Positions 39,101 through 51,716 of a DNA stretch of 64,000 nt are shown piece by piece. A program made the position numbers and the translations under genes. The notes beneath the pieces are model-generated. The model ran no database searches. It was not told where the DNA came from and worked only from the letters and a program-made list of their open reading frames with translations. This DNA is from Lingula anatina (lineage: Eukaryota > Animalia > Brachiopoda), in the NCBI GenBank assembly GCA_051362555.1, contig CM120640.1, positions 49,206,788 to 49,270,787 on the forward strand. The letters run 5' to 3'. Every line of letters starts with the position of its first letter. Positions within the stretch are counted from its first letter, which is position 1.

Positions 39101-42100
39101 AATGAAGAGTAGAGCATCTAGAAAAATGAAAATTAATTTTATTAATAATTAATTTTCATGAGCTGCAATTATTAACAAATATAAAATCAAATTTTGAAGA
39201 CCCAAACCCAAAAGATTGCAATTAAAATAAATAGGTATTTTTAAATGAACTTATGTATTAAAATAATAATAGCCATGCACACTATAGCAATAATATACAA
39301 AAAAAGTTTAACAGTTTTAAAAAACTAACAAAATAATACAATTTCCAAACTAACAGTTTCTGATAGTTAAGTCAGTTATAGCAAGGCCTTTGTTATCAAA
39401 AACTACTATGTGTATAACTACTTTGTCCAAAACTATAGTTTCTGTGTCTAAAACTTTTCTATCTACTGTGTCTACTAAAACTGCTGTCTACTGTCTATAA
39501 AAAAGAAATTAATACTATATAAGTCTGATGTACACCTCCTGATACATCTCCTATATGGATATCACGTACTGGGACACCAAATTGAGACACATATGCGGCA
39601 AGGTATGGAGCATAAAAAGCTAAAATAAAAAAAATACAGAAATGAAACATAGCTATTTGAATGTATACATTAACTGAATAGTCACGACCAGACATACATT
39701 TCAAAACACTTCTGCTATAAAAGATGTTAATGAGGAGAAAATAAAGAAATAATTCTGACATATGTTAAGAATATAACGTACCTTGACATATCATTTCTTA
39801 CCAAATAAAGCAAAAGTGCCAATTAGTTACCATGTCTTACAAAGTTCACAACTCAAAACAGCATTATTTATTCATACTGTTACGCCACAATGAGCTGGTC
39901 AAAATGTACAGAGATCATAATAATAAGTGCACACCCCAAAAGCTGCTTGCAAAACTTCATAATATTTTTTTCTATGGGTACTTTATAGGAAAATAACATG
40001 TGACAAAAGCTGTTTTTTTACAATGAATAAAACTCATAAATTAGACAACTTACCATAAATATTGTGGGGTAATACAAGCATTATACCAATAAAAACTACC
40101 CATAAACTGAAAAGAAAAATGCAGATGCAAATCATAATCAGGCTTTAATCTTGCTAACCTATTATATTTTCAACATAAAATACCACACAACATGTCTGTG
40201 ATTTCATTCAACTCAATGAAAACAATGACCGGTAAAGTTTTATCACTTAAAACAGATAATAGAGGGAAAACTATCTAAGTGTAACACAATGGCAAACACA
40301 TATAATGTGAGGGCATGGCTAAATCAATAACTGAAAAAAATTTTAAAAACTTACAAGTAAAGAGGACACTCTGATTTGGTCCCAAACCCAACATATTTCC
40401 CCAAGGTGGAGATGGTGCCACAGGTGAAGTACAGTAAAGAAAAGGTATTCCACACAGCAGTTGTCACCATCTACAGATACAAAATGAAATGTGTTCATAA
40501 AATGAAAGCAGATACATGACAGATACTAAAATAAGGGAAGCTGGTGATTACCTTCAGCTGAAAAGCATAGATGGTAAACATTAGCTGTTTGAAAGGTAGC
40601 AGCTTCTACTTATTACCAAAAGAAATAAAAATCAGCCACAAAGCTGTGAAATGTACAGACATCAAAGCAAATAGTGATGCACAACATAGGTTAATTATCA
40701 ATTATGATGTAATTTTACATGATGTTTAACAGCAAAATCATAAAAACAGGTAACACAAGAAATATGAAAGTAGCATAGGCCTTCAACAAATTTTATAAAG
40801 TTTTGTCCCATTAGACCTTAAAATATAAGTCAAAGGTCAAATCCAATGTCATATTCCAAATTTCCACATATTTTTTTGTCAGACTTCCATAATAACTTTT
40901 CCCATAATTCCTTTGGTTTTGAAGATATTTAGCATTATATTTTCAATATATGCTAATAGAAACAAGAAAACAGCAAAGCTTTAGAAAAAATGGTCCGATT
41001 GAGCGGAATTTCAAACTTGACCTTTACCATATGAATATTCATATATTCTGTAAACTTGAAGACAAAGGTCAAACAGTTTTTACTTATTGAGTTATCTCAG
41101 AAAGTGCATAATGATGACAATGACAACAGACACAGGTGATGGCTATATGTACAGACACAGTGCATCTGTACATAAAAAAGATTACATTATAATCAAATCA
41201 AAATCAAAACAATACTCATACCTTAAAAAATAGTCCACTATTGCGCTCTGCATCTATTACTGAAGAAGGCTGCCTGTAGCTTTGATTTACAAACCTCCAT
41301 GTCTCTCCAGCATCAAAAGTCAGATGGCCATAGGAGAGCACCACGAAGAACATGATCACAACCACTGGTCCAATGACATACATTATCTGATAGAGAACAT
41401 TATAATTATAATTATAAACATGTTCAATTTCAAAAAATCTTAAATCTTAAACCTTAAATCTTATTCCCATTTTAAAAGGAAAAGATGCATGGCAAAAAAA
41501 TGCAATATTTTGTTTACTTTTTTTAACAGAATGACAATAAATTCCCATTTAGACTGCCATGTCTTCCTCTTTGTTTCAGAAAGAAATATTGGCTTCAGGT
41601 ACTTTTATTTGAAGGGTTTTATTATTTTTAAAGTCCAAATTGGAAAAGATAAATTACTTTGTAGAATATATGTAGATACAGGAAACATTTATAAACATGT
41701 AGAGTATAAGTTAAGGTTTAGAATCATTTTGTGTAGAGAGCAAAGATTTACCTTGCCAAATGCTGATACTCCAAAGCAGGATCCCAAGAAAACCAGGAAC
41801 CACACTGCAATCAGTGAGACTGCCACAGGCCATGAAACACCTCCCAAACCCACCTCATTCAGTGACCCTACTGGGCCTTGTTCAAGAACAAAATTACTGC
41901 AATAGAATTATCATATTGCAACTTAACAACAACATTGAGTTTTTTCACCAGTGTCTCTACTTCTAATTCCTCATTCACTAAAATTTTTAAAAATTTCCAG
42001 CTGAAGATTCTATGTCCTTGAACCTTTGGACTTACCTAAAGTATTCACTAGCAGGTGAGTGATCCACTCGTGGAAAATCAGTGAATTCAAAAGTTACATT

Positions 42101-43314
42101 ATAATAGCTGTATGGGTACACTTCCTCCAAACTGCCAAAATTGTCTAGCACTGTTAAATTCAACTCCAATAAGCTGAAAAAAACCAGAAATTGATACAAT
42201 TGAGAAGATTAATTGTATAGAATTCTGGCAGGCTTTTAGAACAAACAGGTTATCTCTTTGACTTTAAGGTATTTGTAGACTAAGTATGTTCATTCCCCTT
42301 GTGCATCCAGCCTGTGAGTCACTTGGTAAGTAATCACTAAGTCCACCAGTTGCTCACACATTTTTGAACTAATAATAAACTCACTGACTCCTTCAATAAT
42401 GCTTGCTAAACAATTTGGTATAATGTTTAGGCCAATTTGATGACATTGTTCCACTGATTGAGAAAAGCAAAAATGTATCATTTTAGTTTCTCTTTTGAAG
42501 TGTACAGTATATACAGGTAATTAAATGGTTTTACTAGAGCATTAACCTAGTTCATCTTATTTTCAGCACATGGCTATTAATAGTAGTTTATTTTCTGTTA
42601 CTGTATGGCAACGTATAAGTACACAATGCATGATAAAATGCACAAAAGTGTACACAGAGCTTATATCTTATATTACACGTGTACATACAGCGAAAACGCT
42701 TTATAAATAAAATCTTTAACAACTTCCAGAGGACCTTCACATAGCTCATGTATGCTGTTAAAGTTGAGCAACTCATACTGCTCTCTTATTAGTTGTTTAG
42801 TCAGAGAATATCCAATCAGTGCATGCTCCTCTGTTTGCACTCACTTCATGAAATTAAAGGCAGAGTACTTTATTTTTTTCTATACATTCTGATTTTGATC
42901 ATGAAAATATCATAATTGTACTATGAAAGTTCAATTATTCTTCAAATGCAAGCAGTATTCATCGGTGAAAACCAACAATATTACTGAATGTATATAGCTA
43001 TGTTTTTGGTGACTTCAAAGCAACTTTAACAACAAAGATCTATGCACAGTTAAAAATGTCACCAAAGATTACAACTTACCTTGGGATAGTTGTTGTTGTT
43101 ACTTTTTCCTTAACAGCAACAAGCTCTTTGCAGTTTGGAGTGTTCCATATATTACTACACTTCTCCCAAGGATATGGAGATACAAGGGAGGCAAATGTGT
43201 AATACAGAGATGCTCCCATTGTTGATGAATCAAATAGCAATACTAGATATTGCCATATCAGGAAAGATATGCCAAAACCTGAACACAGAAGCAAACCAAT
43301 ATACTAGTAATATG

Positions 43315-43382
<68 letters not shown>

Positions 43383-44913
43383 CTTAGTTAGATGGTATCA
43401 GTTTCTTTACATGAGAATAAAGCAAAACTGAACCAGTTCATAGATGTCTAATTCCCTTGGGCATCATTCAAGAGGCTCTTAGTGACTGAGGAAAGGTCAT
43501 CGTGTTGTATGTTTAGAGAAAAGCCATTACGGAAAACTGTTTTATCTTCAAAGATCAGTGCTAAAGAGGAAGTTGAAAAGAACAACTTCACATTCAAACA
43601 CTAGATTAATCATGAAAAATGTTCCTTTTTTAACCAATTCTACATTAGGTTTCCTACTACCTTTTTTATTTCATATTTTCATTAAAAAGAGAAAGAATTA
43701 CTTTATATGATGCTTCACATAGAGTAATTTCTTCTCTGAAAAGCTTCTTAAGGGTTTACCTTTGAATAATGGAAAATACTGGCCTATGCTTCCCACCACT
43801 CCTTTTCCAGTTTTGGCCCCAAGTTGTAGTTGAACCAGAAGTATGGGAACCATGACAACTAGGAGACAGAGAACTGAACTGACCCAGTAAGTCACAGAGG
43901 CTGGAATAACAAAATACTTATACAAATAAGGTCAAATAACCATTAAATTCAAATAAAATTTCCAATCAATTCTTTCATGAATTTTTTAAAATATTAAACT
44001 TATCAGAGAGCCTTTAACCTACTAAATTCACTTTGATAAAGATGCATTTTAAGAAACAGAATATGATGTGTAAAAATGTGTCTTTTTTGATATTGGTATA
44101 CAAACAAAAATAATTCACAGTATTGTCATTAAAATTTTTTTTTCGTCCATTTTACTATCACCTTGTTTGACTTTAAAAACACTTGCTTTAATATCTAGAT
44201 GAAGTAAATAATAATAAAACCTGAAAACATGACTTAAACATTAATGCAGGATCAATCAAGTCTGGCCTCTTTGCAACCTCACAAACAAAATTTGTGCAAA
44301 ATTGTTTGTAAATAATAACTTATGCTGACTTGTTACATCATAATTTTTAGGATGATGAGTCTTATTGAATATTTGATATACATTTTTTTTATCCCTAAGG
44401 CCATAACATTTAATACAGGCAATTTGTTACATCGTTAAAATTTTTTAAATGAGTAGGATAGTGGGGTTATATAATAAAAGTGGCCTTGTTTCGCCAAATC
44501 GATATTCTTTGTTGCCTTCTTTCTTGATGTGAATGGACAATGAAAATTTGGGGTACACTGGGATGGAGGAGACATAAACATTTAGAGGCATGGGGACAAG
44601 GCATTGATAAAAGGCACTCTATGAAACAAATTTTGATTGGGTTTTTTACACTTTTCCCCTTTAAGTCCTCCCGTAAACTTATTTATTCACATATATTTCA
44701 ATACAAAATTTTCCCCCTTACCATTTCACTTTTCTTTCATAATACATAAACAGATATGAATTAGAAAGGACAGAAAATACTGAAATTATTCATACCTCCA
44801 AATAAAAGAATGCTGTTGGGCACCCCGTAAAAACTTCTCAAACCAACAACAGAGAGGGATGCCAGCCCCATCTGAACAAGATTCCACGATGCCTTGGGTT
44901 CAGCCATTTCCAT
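36196..44913 (-). CDS. Divergent SLC6 / neurotransmitter:sodium symporter-fold membrane protein (15 exons plus a candidate 6-nt microexon)
   Basis: ATG 44913 has an in-frame upstream TAA; retains QLQLG..FPLFKG|FG, EL2 PWEKCSNIWNTPNC, SPASEYF, GGVSWPVAVSLIAVW...FGK|, many hydrophobic helices, SLC6-like intron positions; ends ...KVTVF*. One or two internal splice choices are uncertain. Confidence 0.82.
38737..38902. mobile_element. 166-bp MITE with CAGGCCCGTAGC...GCTACAGGCCTG TIRs
   Basis: 12-bp TIR with one mismatch, G-run and C-run just inside, GC-rich relative to the host intron. Confidence 0.65.
40811..40936. repeat. Fragment related to family B internal sequence
   Basis: GACCTTAAAATATAAGTCAAAGGTCAAATCCAATGTCATATT...CATAATTCCTT...AGCATT matches 21669-21795. 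Confidence 0.6.
40960..41179 (-). mobile_element. Minimal (~220 bp) family A element in an SLC6-like intron
   Basis: Reverse complement reads TTTTTATGTACAGATGCACTGTGTCTGTACATATAGCCATCACCTGTGTCTGTTGTC..., one partial central repeat, then AGCTTTGCTGTTTTCTTGTTT tail. Confidence 0.8.
43318..43380. repeat. (TA)n microsatellite
   Basis: About 31 uninterrupted dinucleotide units. Confidence 0.95.
44280..44579 (+). repeat. Second copy of the ~290-bp dispersed repeat
   Basis: Aligns by eye with 33133-33420 in the same orientation. Confidence 0.8.
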
Positions 44914-46299
44914 CACCCAGCAGTATACAGCTTACATGTATCCACTAGCCTGCTCCTTTGGCTGACAAAAGTTTTTATGGCTGAAAAAAACATTGTAGGA
45001 ATTTTTCATAGTACTTGAAACAAACAAAAAATATGTGCTTTGATGACTAATTCAGAATCTACTAATAAATGGTAATTTAATATTAGAAGCCACACCAAAA
45101 TCTCAATGTCTACAATTTCCATAAAAATTGCACCACTCAGTATAACTGTTTTACAAACTCTATGCTCCCATAACTTCAAGACCAAAGTATCCATCTGACC
45201 AGAGGCAAGTTTGCAGCATAACCCTGCATGCAGCTGTCAGTTCACCCTTAAATAAACTGTAAACCAGAAAAAATATGCCTAACAGTTTAACTTCACACAT
45301 AGATCATGTCCCTCCCTGTCAATTGTTTTACCCTATAAATCTCAACTAAAATGATCCTAGGCAATGAGAATGTCATTATATCAACCTATGTCAGAATACT
45401 TTAATAAATAGCACAACTTAGAGAAACATTTGTTTCAGATTAAATGCCTAATCAACTCTCAAGAGTTTACAGTAATTGCATTTTTTTTCCCAGAAGCAGT
45501 TTCTGCTTGCAGGTTTTTAGGTCATTCCATATTTGCTTTTTCCCTCATACTCAAGCTAACTCATAAACCTCCTTTAACCAGAAATGCTTGCCAAAAGTAA
45601 TTTAAGTCATGTTTGGAACACATTTAAACATGTGTGTGATGAAGTGGGAAAAAAACACTAGCTGATTATTATTCATAAATGCATACTAGCAGCAAGTTAT
45701 TAATGATAGGTATTGTCAGAAAACCACCACAATATATGTTCCTTTTCAGGTATAAATGAGTGACCAGTCTTAAATTTGTTGTGAATCTACGTCGATGAAA
45801 TACCGAGTAACATCCAATAAAACAACATTACAAACATGAAAGATAATTAGGGTTTTTTCTGCATTAAGAATTAGAAGTACTGTGGAGCAGCCATATACAT
45901 GTTAATAAGAATCAACTGCAAATTAAAACTTGTAACCTTTTTCTCTTCCACCGTTTCTACATAATCCAGCCAATCAAGCTTGCATAATGGGTCTGCACTC
46001 TGCAGGTTAACCACATGTAACACTAATGCCTTTACTGGACTCATTCTAACATTGTAAATTTAAGCCAAATGCTTTGCATAGGCTAATTTGGCTAGGCGAA
46101 AAATTAAAACTTTCTGTTTTAGTCAATGTTATCAAACTATCCAGTCAGCCTAAGGAAATTTTGAAGAAAAAAAGGTTATAATAGAGAATGAAATAATAAT
46201 ATCAAAATGTGAATAATTGGACTGGATTCAAGTGGATATTGCGCAATCTAGTCTCAGTTCAAGAACACTTGCTGCCACAGGAAACATGAAGGATGTATG

Positions 46300-49200
46300 T
46301 GATGATAAAGATAAGAGTCACTTGTTTATTAAAACATCACATAAAAAACAAGAATTTCTTTGTACAACAGCGTTTAAAACTCATGTGTTGTTACATGAAA
46401 ATACAAAAGGTACTTTCAAATGTGCTTTCCCAGCAATGGCAGCAGGGTGCATGATGGGCCTTTCTTCAACTTTATCAAAAATATTTATTTGATTCTGAAA
46501 TTTTGAACAAGGTGACAGGATATCTTTATGACTCCCTTTCCAACCAATCCTGCAGCACACAGCATACTGTCCCCATTCTTCATGGGGTAATAATGGAGAG
46601 CACTATTCATCCAAATCACAGTATTCTACTACCTGCAGAGATATAACAAGTTAAGGATCATAGAACAAAGTGTTGAAAAGCAAGAACTGATAGTATTTGT
46701 TCTCAATCTTTAAAAAAAAGAGATCAAAAGACAAAACTAAATGCCTTTTATCAAATAGTATATTTTTTCAAATACATTTAATGAATGAATAACAATTCTG
46801 ATTAGCATTACATATCTTAAGTACATCATCAATTTCATTTTTATACTAGATAACAGAAGTCCGTCCCAAAAAACTGGTGTAAATGGTCGTAAATAACATG
46901 ACCCTCTAGTGTTGATACATAAAACCTGAGAATCAATATCAGTTTATTGGGTCCCAGATTAAACCAACCTTCACTCTATCAAATGAGTAATTGTGAAAAG
47001 CATGCACAGTACCAAATTTAAACATCAAATCTTTAAAACAATCTATTCTAGTCCAGTATTCTATTCCACTCAGCAACCTTTCAGACATGTGCTCTTCTGG
47101 AAATGATTGATAGGTTTTTGACAACTTTAACAAGATGAAATGGCTGGGGGAAAGGTATCCATCCAACAAAATATTTTCTGACTGATATGCTGCCTGATAT
47201 GATGCTGGCCTAAAGGTATACATTCTTACCTGAACAGACACCATATCAATGGTCTTTTGCACCAGCATCTTGTATTTTCAACTCTACTCACTATAAAATA
47301 CACTGACATCTGTGTTCACATACATACAAGGGTCTGTTTCACAAGCTGACCGACCATAAGTCAAAATTCAGTTTTTTCAAAGACTAATGAAAAAAATTAA
47401 TTGCCCATGTTGCTTTTCACAAAGAATTTTAAAGATGCATAAATTCTTTTTCAGGTTTATTCACCAAGCCACATGTAGCAAAGTGTTAATTGTGATTGCC
47501 TTTGTAATGATTTTTACTCTCACTGGTAACCGCTAGTGGTAACAGTTAGTAATGCATTTAGGTTTTAGCATTTAATGTGCTCCAATGGTTTGTAAAATTC
47601 TCTTAAGCTAGGTTTGGCTAGTTTTGCAAAGCTGACTTCATGTAAACAGCCATGTCATTTTAGCAGTTTTAGCTGAACATTAAAAATATCAACCCTTGAC
47701 ATGAAAAAGTCTGTAGGACTAAATACAATTAAATTGAAAAGCAACAAAATTAACACCTGAAGTCACACATTTAAAATGCAGGCAAGCAGTTTGCTGGCCA
47801 TGCTGTTAGGCAGTGGGAGGGATAACAGAGGGAGAACACATGGACCACATTGACTTTCAGGCTTTTGAAAATACTTCTTTGTTTGTATGCAGTTTTAGAT
47901 TTACCTCTCCAGATGTCAGTGTTTTTTAAGTAAGATGTGCAGCATAGCATATATTAAACTGCAGCTTCCTACAATTCAAATTTAACGTTTGTGGAATTAA
48001 TAGCATATAATTTATTAATTATGCATTTCATTAAGTCAGCTAGAGGCTATATACAGCAGTATTATAATATACTATAGTTTTAAAATAGACAACAAAGTTG
48101 ACTTTAATTAGTCATACTTAAAATTGTAAGATTGGTAAAACAAAGACCTTCGCCCATATGATGGTTTACACTTTATCAATTAAGTCAATCGCATTTTACA
48201 GAGGGTCAAGAGTGACCCATTGAGCCTGTCCCTTGGAGGATCAAAATATCCCACAATGCAGTTCACTGTGACAAAATATCGACCATAGGAGACTGCTGTG
48301 AAGTGTCTTGTATAGAGGTAGTGAAATAAAACAGCGGGTCAACCTCTCTTATATAAATTCTTTGCCTTGCGCCTATTCGTGAAACTTAGGTTTCGGAATA
48401 TGACACGATGGCCACATTACATCAGACAGTGGTGCATTTTGGAAAATCTGATAATTTTCATGCATTTACATTTGATTTAAAACATATACATGTACTACAA
48501 TATAACTTTTACTGATTCACAATGGTAGAAAATGTTTATAGGTATGTTAAATGAACTCAAATATGCTTGGGCAATCTTTTTCTCTAAAGATGCTAGTTTA
48601 CTGTAAGCACAAAACTGGTAAGGAAAAGCTGATTTTACCCAACAAGCAATGAATATGATGACTGAAATAAATACTTATGATATCAGACATGACAACTGGT
48701 GAAAAAAAATTATAGCTTAAAATAGGTATTTTGGATATGAAATGCACAAATCACCAAATTTTTCTTGCAACACATCCTTCCAATTTTTTTTTTTATAAGA
48801 GTCATACGTCATTATAACCATTCTTGCTGATTTTTTCACACAATGAATGAACATCTGAATATCCAGGAAATTAATGAATGAACATTGTGTTATAATAGCT
48901 TCTCCTTCCTGAGTCAATATAGCACAGGGCTTCATGCAATGATGTGGTAAAGAGAATACACTCATTTGCTTCTAATTTAATATTTCACACATCGCATCAC
49001 ATCAACTCACTAGAAGTTAGAACAAGCAAATAAACAACACTATGATATATACAGCCACAATTGTCGCAATAAGTATATACTGCTTAAAATGCGGACAACA
49101 CGTATAGTTAAGTACCCTATCAGTACAACAGTCACACGTACTCTAGAGACCAACTCGAAGTCATTTGCCCATTGCCCTAACACTGCCAGCTGCAAATACT

Positions 49201-49500
49201 GGTACATGTAAGAGTCTGAGTGAAGGGAAATAACAACGTAGACTGCACACAAGCCTACCTAAGTTTGGTTTCACGTCCTAAGCGCTTGAAAGGGCGCCCG
49301 GTTTCACGTCCAGACTGTACAGACTTTCGGACACATTTTCGCATGTGTTGGTGAGGTGCTGCTGCAGGGGAAGTGGGGAATGGCTCGCCGTTACTCTAAG
49401 CCCTCTTAGCGTGCTTCCCCTCGGCCAGGCGGTCTGATTACTTTAACTGACAGACGGCCTTGGCCTCTCAATATGACCTGATTATAGACTGAGGGCGCTA
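46300..49500 (-). other. Candidate spliced non-coding exons (SLC6-like 5' leader or separate lncRNA): ..49259, 47968-47905, 47309-47230, 46632-..
   Basis: CpG-rich block at 49260-49520 ending AG|GTAGGC; TTGTAG|..GAG|GTAAAT; ACACAG|..CAG|GTAAGA; CTCTGCAG|; only short ORFs. Outer limits are approximate. Confidence 0.4.
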
Positions 49501-50145
49501 AGCAAAACAGTGAAATACACTCGCTGAACACTGGGTGACTCCAAATAATTCTATTCGGTTACAGCCAGTCATATTTAGTGTTCGCATTCGTTAAATCTTT
49601 CCAAATGTTGAATTTGGCTTTAACACTCAAGCTAACTCTTCTGCAAGCAAAAATCAACATCTAGTCATCTACTGGTAGCTGCACAAGGCCTATCGGCTCA
49701 ACACGCTCACACTTTTCTGCCAAAAAGAAAATCAAATCAGTTAAAGGGATAATAACTGTTCGTTTTGGCCAAAAATGAATTTTCCTGGAGTTAAGAGCAA
49801 TTTTCCCATACTTTATACCAATGGTTAACGAATCCATTTCTACATTCAAAGTTAGTCCCTTGTTTTTTTTTTTTTTTTTTGTAAAAAGTTTTTTTTTTTT
49901 TTTTTTGTTATATCTCTTCAGAGATTATTACAGAGTATAGCCATCTATGGAGGTTACAAGGTCTGATGACAAGCTCAGATATCAGAATAATAGCTATAAC
50001 TGCCGTTTTTGTGGTAAAACATACATATTTTCTATTTCTATGGATTGTTTACCGTGAAATATAGATCTCATACGAAGAGTTATTATCCCTTTAATTATGC
50101 TTAAACAAATTTTTATATTAAAATATATTTAAAAATTACATACAT

Positions 50146-50349
50146 CAGTGGTGGATTTAGGGGGATCCCCCCCCCCCTTTCGATTTCTGAAAAAAATCAC
50201 ACCAATGGTCCCCTCTTGAAATTAGAATTTGACTAGCTGAATGTAGTTCTAAACCGTACCAAAGGCACCGTTCGACCTAGGGGAGGGGGAGGTCGGCTTC
50301 GCATCCGCGACCCCCCCCCCCCCTTTAAATAATCTCGGATCCGCCCCTG
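50146..50349 (+). mobile_element. MITE with CAGTGG(T/C)GGAT...ATCCGCCCCTG ends (hAT-like termini), copy 1
   Basis: Imperfect TIRs; internal CGATTTCTGAAAAAAATCACACCAAT and TAGCTGAAT..GTTCTAAACCGTAC shared with 51045-51238 and partly with 700-825; no clean 8-bp TSD. Confidence 0.7.
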
Positions 50350-50635
50350 TACATGTATGTACGTCATAAGGTCCCTAAATATAATATATAGTATATCGAA
50401 TTGTAAACATCTAGCACACATTGTATTGTTTTCAGTATTAAGGTTGCAATTAAAACTTATATCACGATATTTAACTTTACCAAGATCAGTAAAATGTCTT
50501 AACGATCGAGAAGAGGTGTTAGATTTACGCCTAAAACGATCTAAATTGCGGTTGTTGAGCTATGAATATGGAAGCACAGCCGCAGTGACCATGCAGTGGG
50601 TTAGTGCCAATGGACACATTCAGGGGGTATTGTTA

Positions 50636-50752
50636 CCCTCTACCAGGGTGGCAGATATTATAGAAAAATTTTGAAAAAGTCAGAGAATGTATAACTGTCT
50701 ATTTATCTAAAGACATATCTGTGAAAAATCCATCTGTCGCCCTGGTAGAGGG
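50636..50752. mobile_element. 117-bp MITE with 21-bp TIRs flanked by TA
   Basis: TA|CCCTCTACCAGGGTGGCAGAT ... ATCTGTCGCCCTGGTAGAGGG|TA (2 mismatches). Confidence 0.7.
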
Positions 50753-51044
50753 TAAGGTAAATAACTTGGACAATAAAGCGCTATGTAAAATAGAAAACAG
50801 TGCTGAAGTCTAAAAAGATTTTGAATTTGCAGGAGATCGAGTGATAAGAAACAACATTTGATGCCTTGCCATACAGTACCCACAATTTAACGGGGTTAAA
50901 ATCTAGTGTTCATTTAAATTAATTAACAATTATACTTTGTCAACTCTACAAATTTTTGTGATAAAATCTTGTTCAGGGATGAAGTTACGCCCCATACGGA
51001 TTGCTATCTCACCTAGGCCTACATGTAGCTCAAAATACTGAGTA

Positions 51045-51238
51045 CAGTGGCGGATTTAGGGCGGGGTGAGGGGATTCCTGACCCCCCCTCTTCGATTTCT
51101 GAAAAAAATCACACCAATTTTGATTAGCTGAATCATAGTTCTAAACCGTACGCCCTCTTAAATACCAGCCAAGGGGGAGGGGGGGGGCGGTTTCGCATCT
51201 GCAGACACCCCCTTCAAATAAACCTGGATCCGCTCCTG
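51045..51238 (+). mobile_element. Same MITE family, copy 2
   Basis: CAGTGGCGGATTTAGGG ... GGATCCGCTCCTG with the shared internal sequence. Confidence 0.7.
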
Positions 51239-51716
51239 AAATACATGTAGAAAGGTGTTAAATTGACGATTAAAGCTTTGAGTTCCCTATGCTTATACAT
51301 TACAACGAGATATATAAACGCCGGTATTTTATATTTTCGATGTTTTTTTTTTCTTATTTTTTTATTTCATTTTTTAAATCAGCACAAAGATAGATGTATT
51401 ATTGAACAATAAGATACAGGAAAAACTCATTTTCGGTATCTGGATGCTAATAAAAGGTTTACAATACCATTAAGACTATTTCCAGTGATATATTTTTCTT
51501 GTCTCACGGTCACACTACATACATGTACATGTATATCACGTAGTTCACTGTTCACATTCAACAAACCAGATGAATGGATTCTGAAACCGCTTTCTTGATT
51601 GGTCGACCTTCATCAAGTACACAAAGCAAGTGTGCGTGCGCCACTACAACTGAACAAGAAACGTGGAAGGTGAGATCGAGGGAGGCAGGAGAGGTACGTC
51701 CATCGCGAGCGGCAAG

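Noticed and set aside
46527-47283. Frame with several in-frame TGA, and a VVEYC string like Rdx-family selenoproteins
   Set aside because: No CxxU/CxxC follows, the TGA frame resembles no selenoprotein I know, and no SECIS was recognised.
49260-49335. GGACGTGAAACC repeats (minus strand) as a hammerhead ribozyme
   Set aside because: No CUGAUGA core and no compatible stems.
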